Made by a program: the position numbers and the translations under genes. This document shows positions 62,327 through 64,000 of a stretch of 64,000 bases of DNA, one piece after another. The notes under the pieces are model-generated. The model did no database searches, was not told the DNA's origin, and saw nothing but the letters and a program-made list of their open reading frames with translations. Position 1 is the first letter of the stretch, and each line of letters begins with the position of its first letter. Source of the stretch: Flectonema sp. DT1601 (lineage: Eukaryota); NCBI GenBank assembly GCA_964019425.1, contig OZ025797.1:744001-808000 (forward strand), in the 5' to 3' direction.

Positions 62327-62625
62327 AGTGTGATTTATATCTGTAATAGAGATTGTATTTAAACGACATCGTGCAACTCTTCCATAGGAAATAAGAAAAT
62401 CAGTCAAACGTGTAGTTTAAGAGATTTTATTTTATTACTTTTAGAGCAAAGCAAGTAGTTCTTAGTTCTTCCTTGAACACTCAGGAAGAATCCGAATTTC
62501 GAGACGCTCACTGATTACGTTAACTCTACTTCGAAGACACAACTGAGGACAAAATCAAACAATCAAAATCAAACGTTCTCTTAAGTTCCCTTCAACATCA
62601 TTACTTTTATAATATATTTTGGAGG

Positions 62626-62662
<37 letters not shown>

Positions 62663-63143
62663 TTTTTTTGCTCCCAAATAAAGGAAAATTTATTTTTTAT
62701 CACCCAAACAATTCGTTTGCGAGCGCAACCGCCAAAATCCTAATAAAGGAATAGGATAGTTACGCTGCCACAATTCTCTTACCGAACAATGGGTTTGTTG
62801 CTACAAAAAAAGAAAATACATCACATTTAGTACCTGAGATACAATGAGAATTCATGCAAAAAGAACATCAACTTACTGTTGTCCATTACTGGCTCTTTCA
62901 CAGGCGGGACCTATTAAGTGGCTCCGCGGGAGTCTTGCAATCTTTGTACTTAGGATTATAAACGTATTTTTAGGAAAAAAAAAAAAAGTGATCACTAAAA
63001 TCAGGGACATAAAGGTAAATCCCCACATTTTCAAAAATGATAATAATCTATTTAGGTTCTCACAATCTACCTCGACATTCCTGTGAGTTCTTTGTTGTGT
63101 TACTTTATTCTACTCAGATTAATGTAATTTCAAGGAGTAGTCT

Positions 63144-64000
63144 TCATCCAGCAGCATGAGTTCGATCGTAACTAATTGGTTCACGGTGTGTGAATAACCC
63201 ATCTCCATAACAGTGAGGCATTGCTCCTTTTGCGATTACATAATTCGTTAGGAATGTTTCAAACCGCCGCCCGTACCTCCCAAACCAAGGTTTATGAGCA
63301 AGAAACGTTAGTCCAGAATCAACACGAGTACGATAACTCAAACAGGCAAATGAGAACAATTCCTTAACCCATGAGAATCGATAAAGTGCCGGCTCATTAT
63401 TCCACCAGTTGACTTTTAAACAGGCGATTCTGGTAGTGTTAGCAGAATACTGGTCGCTGTAGGGATATGAGAAAGCGTGTTGTGATACTACAGTCGCTGC
63501 AAACTCACGAGTCTGCTTAAAATTACGGAGCATCGCAGGGTAGCACATTGACCCCCAACCAGTACCTGTTTGAAATGACGCGAGTTCCTTGCAAGTCCAG
63601 ATCTCACACTCTGGAGTTAAGACTGTTTCAATCTTACTAAGAATTTTCTTACACTGCACATGTGTATTGTCTTCACCAGACTTTTTGGAATCAGCAATTC
63701 GTGACAGACAGTTGGACCAGCAATTCACACCTGTTGCATCATGTGTATCATTTTCTACACTCAGAGAGTTGTTCTTAATGAAAATGTCTTCGTCTTCTTT
63801 GCTTACAAACTTCTTTAAAGATATGAATGGACTCTCGTGAGTAGATATTATTTCAACAGCTTTCGTGAGGTAAGTCCGAACGCGGATTTGCTGCTGTTGT
63901 TGTGTTTCTCCGGCCAGTCGTTGAATGGGACGATCATTTTCCGAAAATAAAATACTGGAACTGGTAGTACTACTGAGCGCGTTGTAGAAGGCGACAGTCC
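63144..64000 (-). CDS. 5'-partial hypothetical protein (possibly glycosyltransferase-like C-terminus)
   Basis: Frame is open from the window edge to the stop; WNNEPALYR..W and GLFTH are only weakly suggestive. Confidence 0.6.
   Translation of the reverse strand, partial: TVAFYNALSSTTSSSILFSENDRPIQRLAGETQQQQQIRVRTYLTKAVEIISTHESPFISLKKFVSKEDEDIFIKNNSLSVENDTHDATGVNCWSNCLSRIADSKKSGEDNTHVQCKKILSKIETVLTPECEIWTCKELASFQTGTGWGSMCYPAMLRNFKQTREFAATVVSQHAFSYPYSDQYSANTTRIACLKVNWWNNEPALYRFSWVKELFSFACLSYRTRVDSGLTFLAHKPWFGRYGRRFETFLTNYVIAKGAMPHCYGDGLFTHREPISYDRTHAAG

Overview
Eukaryotic (protist) genomic DNA with short GT-AG introns. A euglenozoan, most likely diplonemid, origin is inferred from same-strand gene runs and Cys-rich repeat proteins but cannot be proven here. 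Host genes in ~1-32 kb are all on + (DCX-like gene, 2H phosphoesterase, three tandem RPS19 genes, a PH/PDZ-like protein, rhomboid, MOB4, a ~2790-aa membrane protein with three phage-type GH24 lysozymes plus a lipase, NEK kinase, JmjC). Genes from ~58.6 kb on are on -. The ~26 kb between them is packed with mobile DNA: piggyBac remnants, a 5'-truncated CRE-like retrotransposon carrying a USP deubiquitinase, an Ingi/I-type LINE, tRNA-derived SINE-like units and a Penelope-like fragment. Top finding: the LINE's ORF1 and ORF2 are in one frame, joined by a UGA-CUAG stop followed 29 codons later by a 2A peptide (LLLQAGDVERNPGP), suggesting readthrough plus ribosome skipping to release the polymerase. 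Both copies of this LINE family sit directly upstream of tRNA-like Pol III units. All domain calls come from motif recognition by eye.
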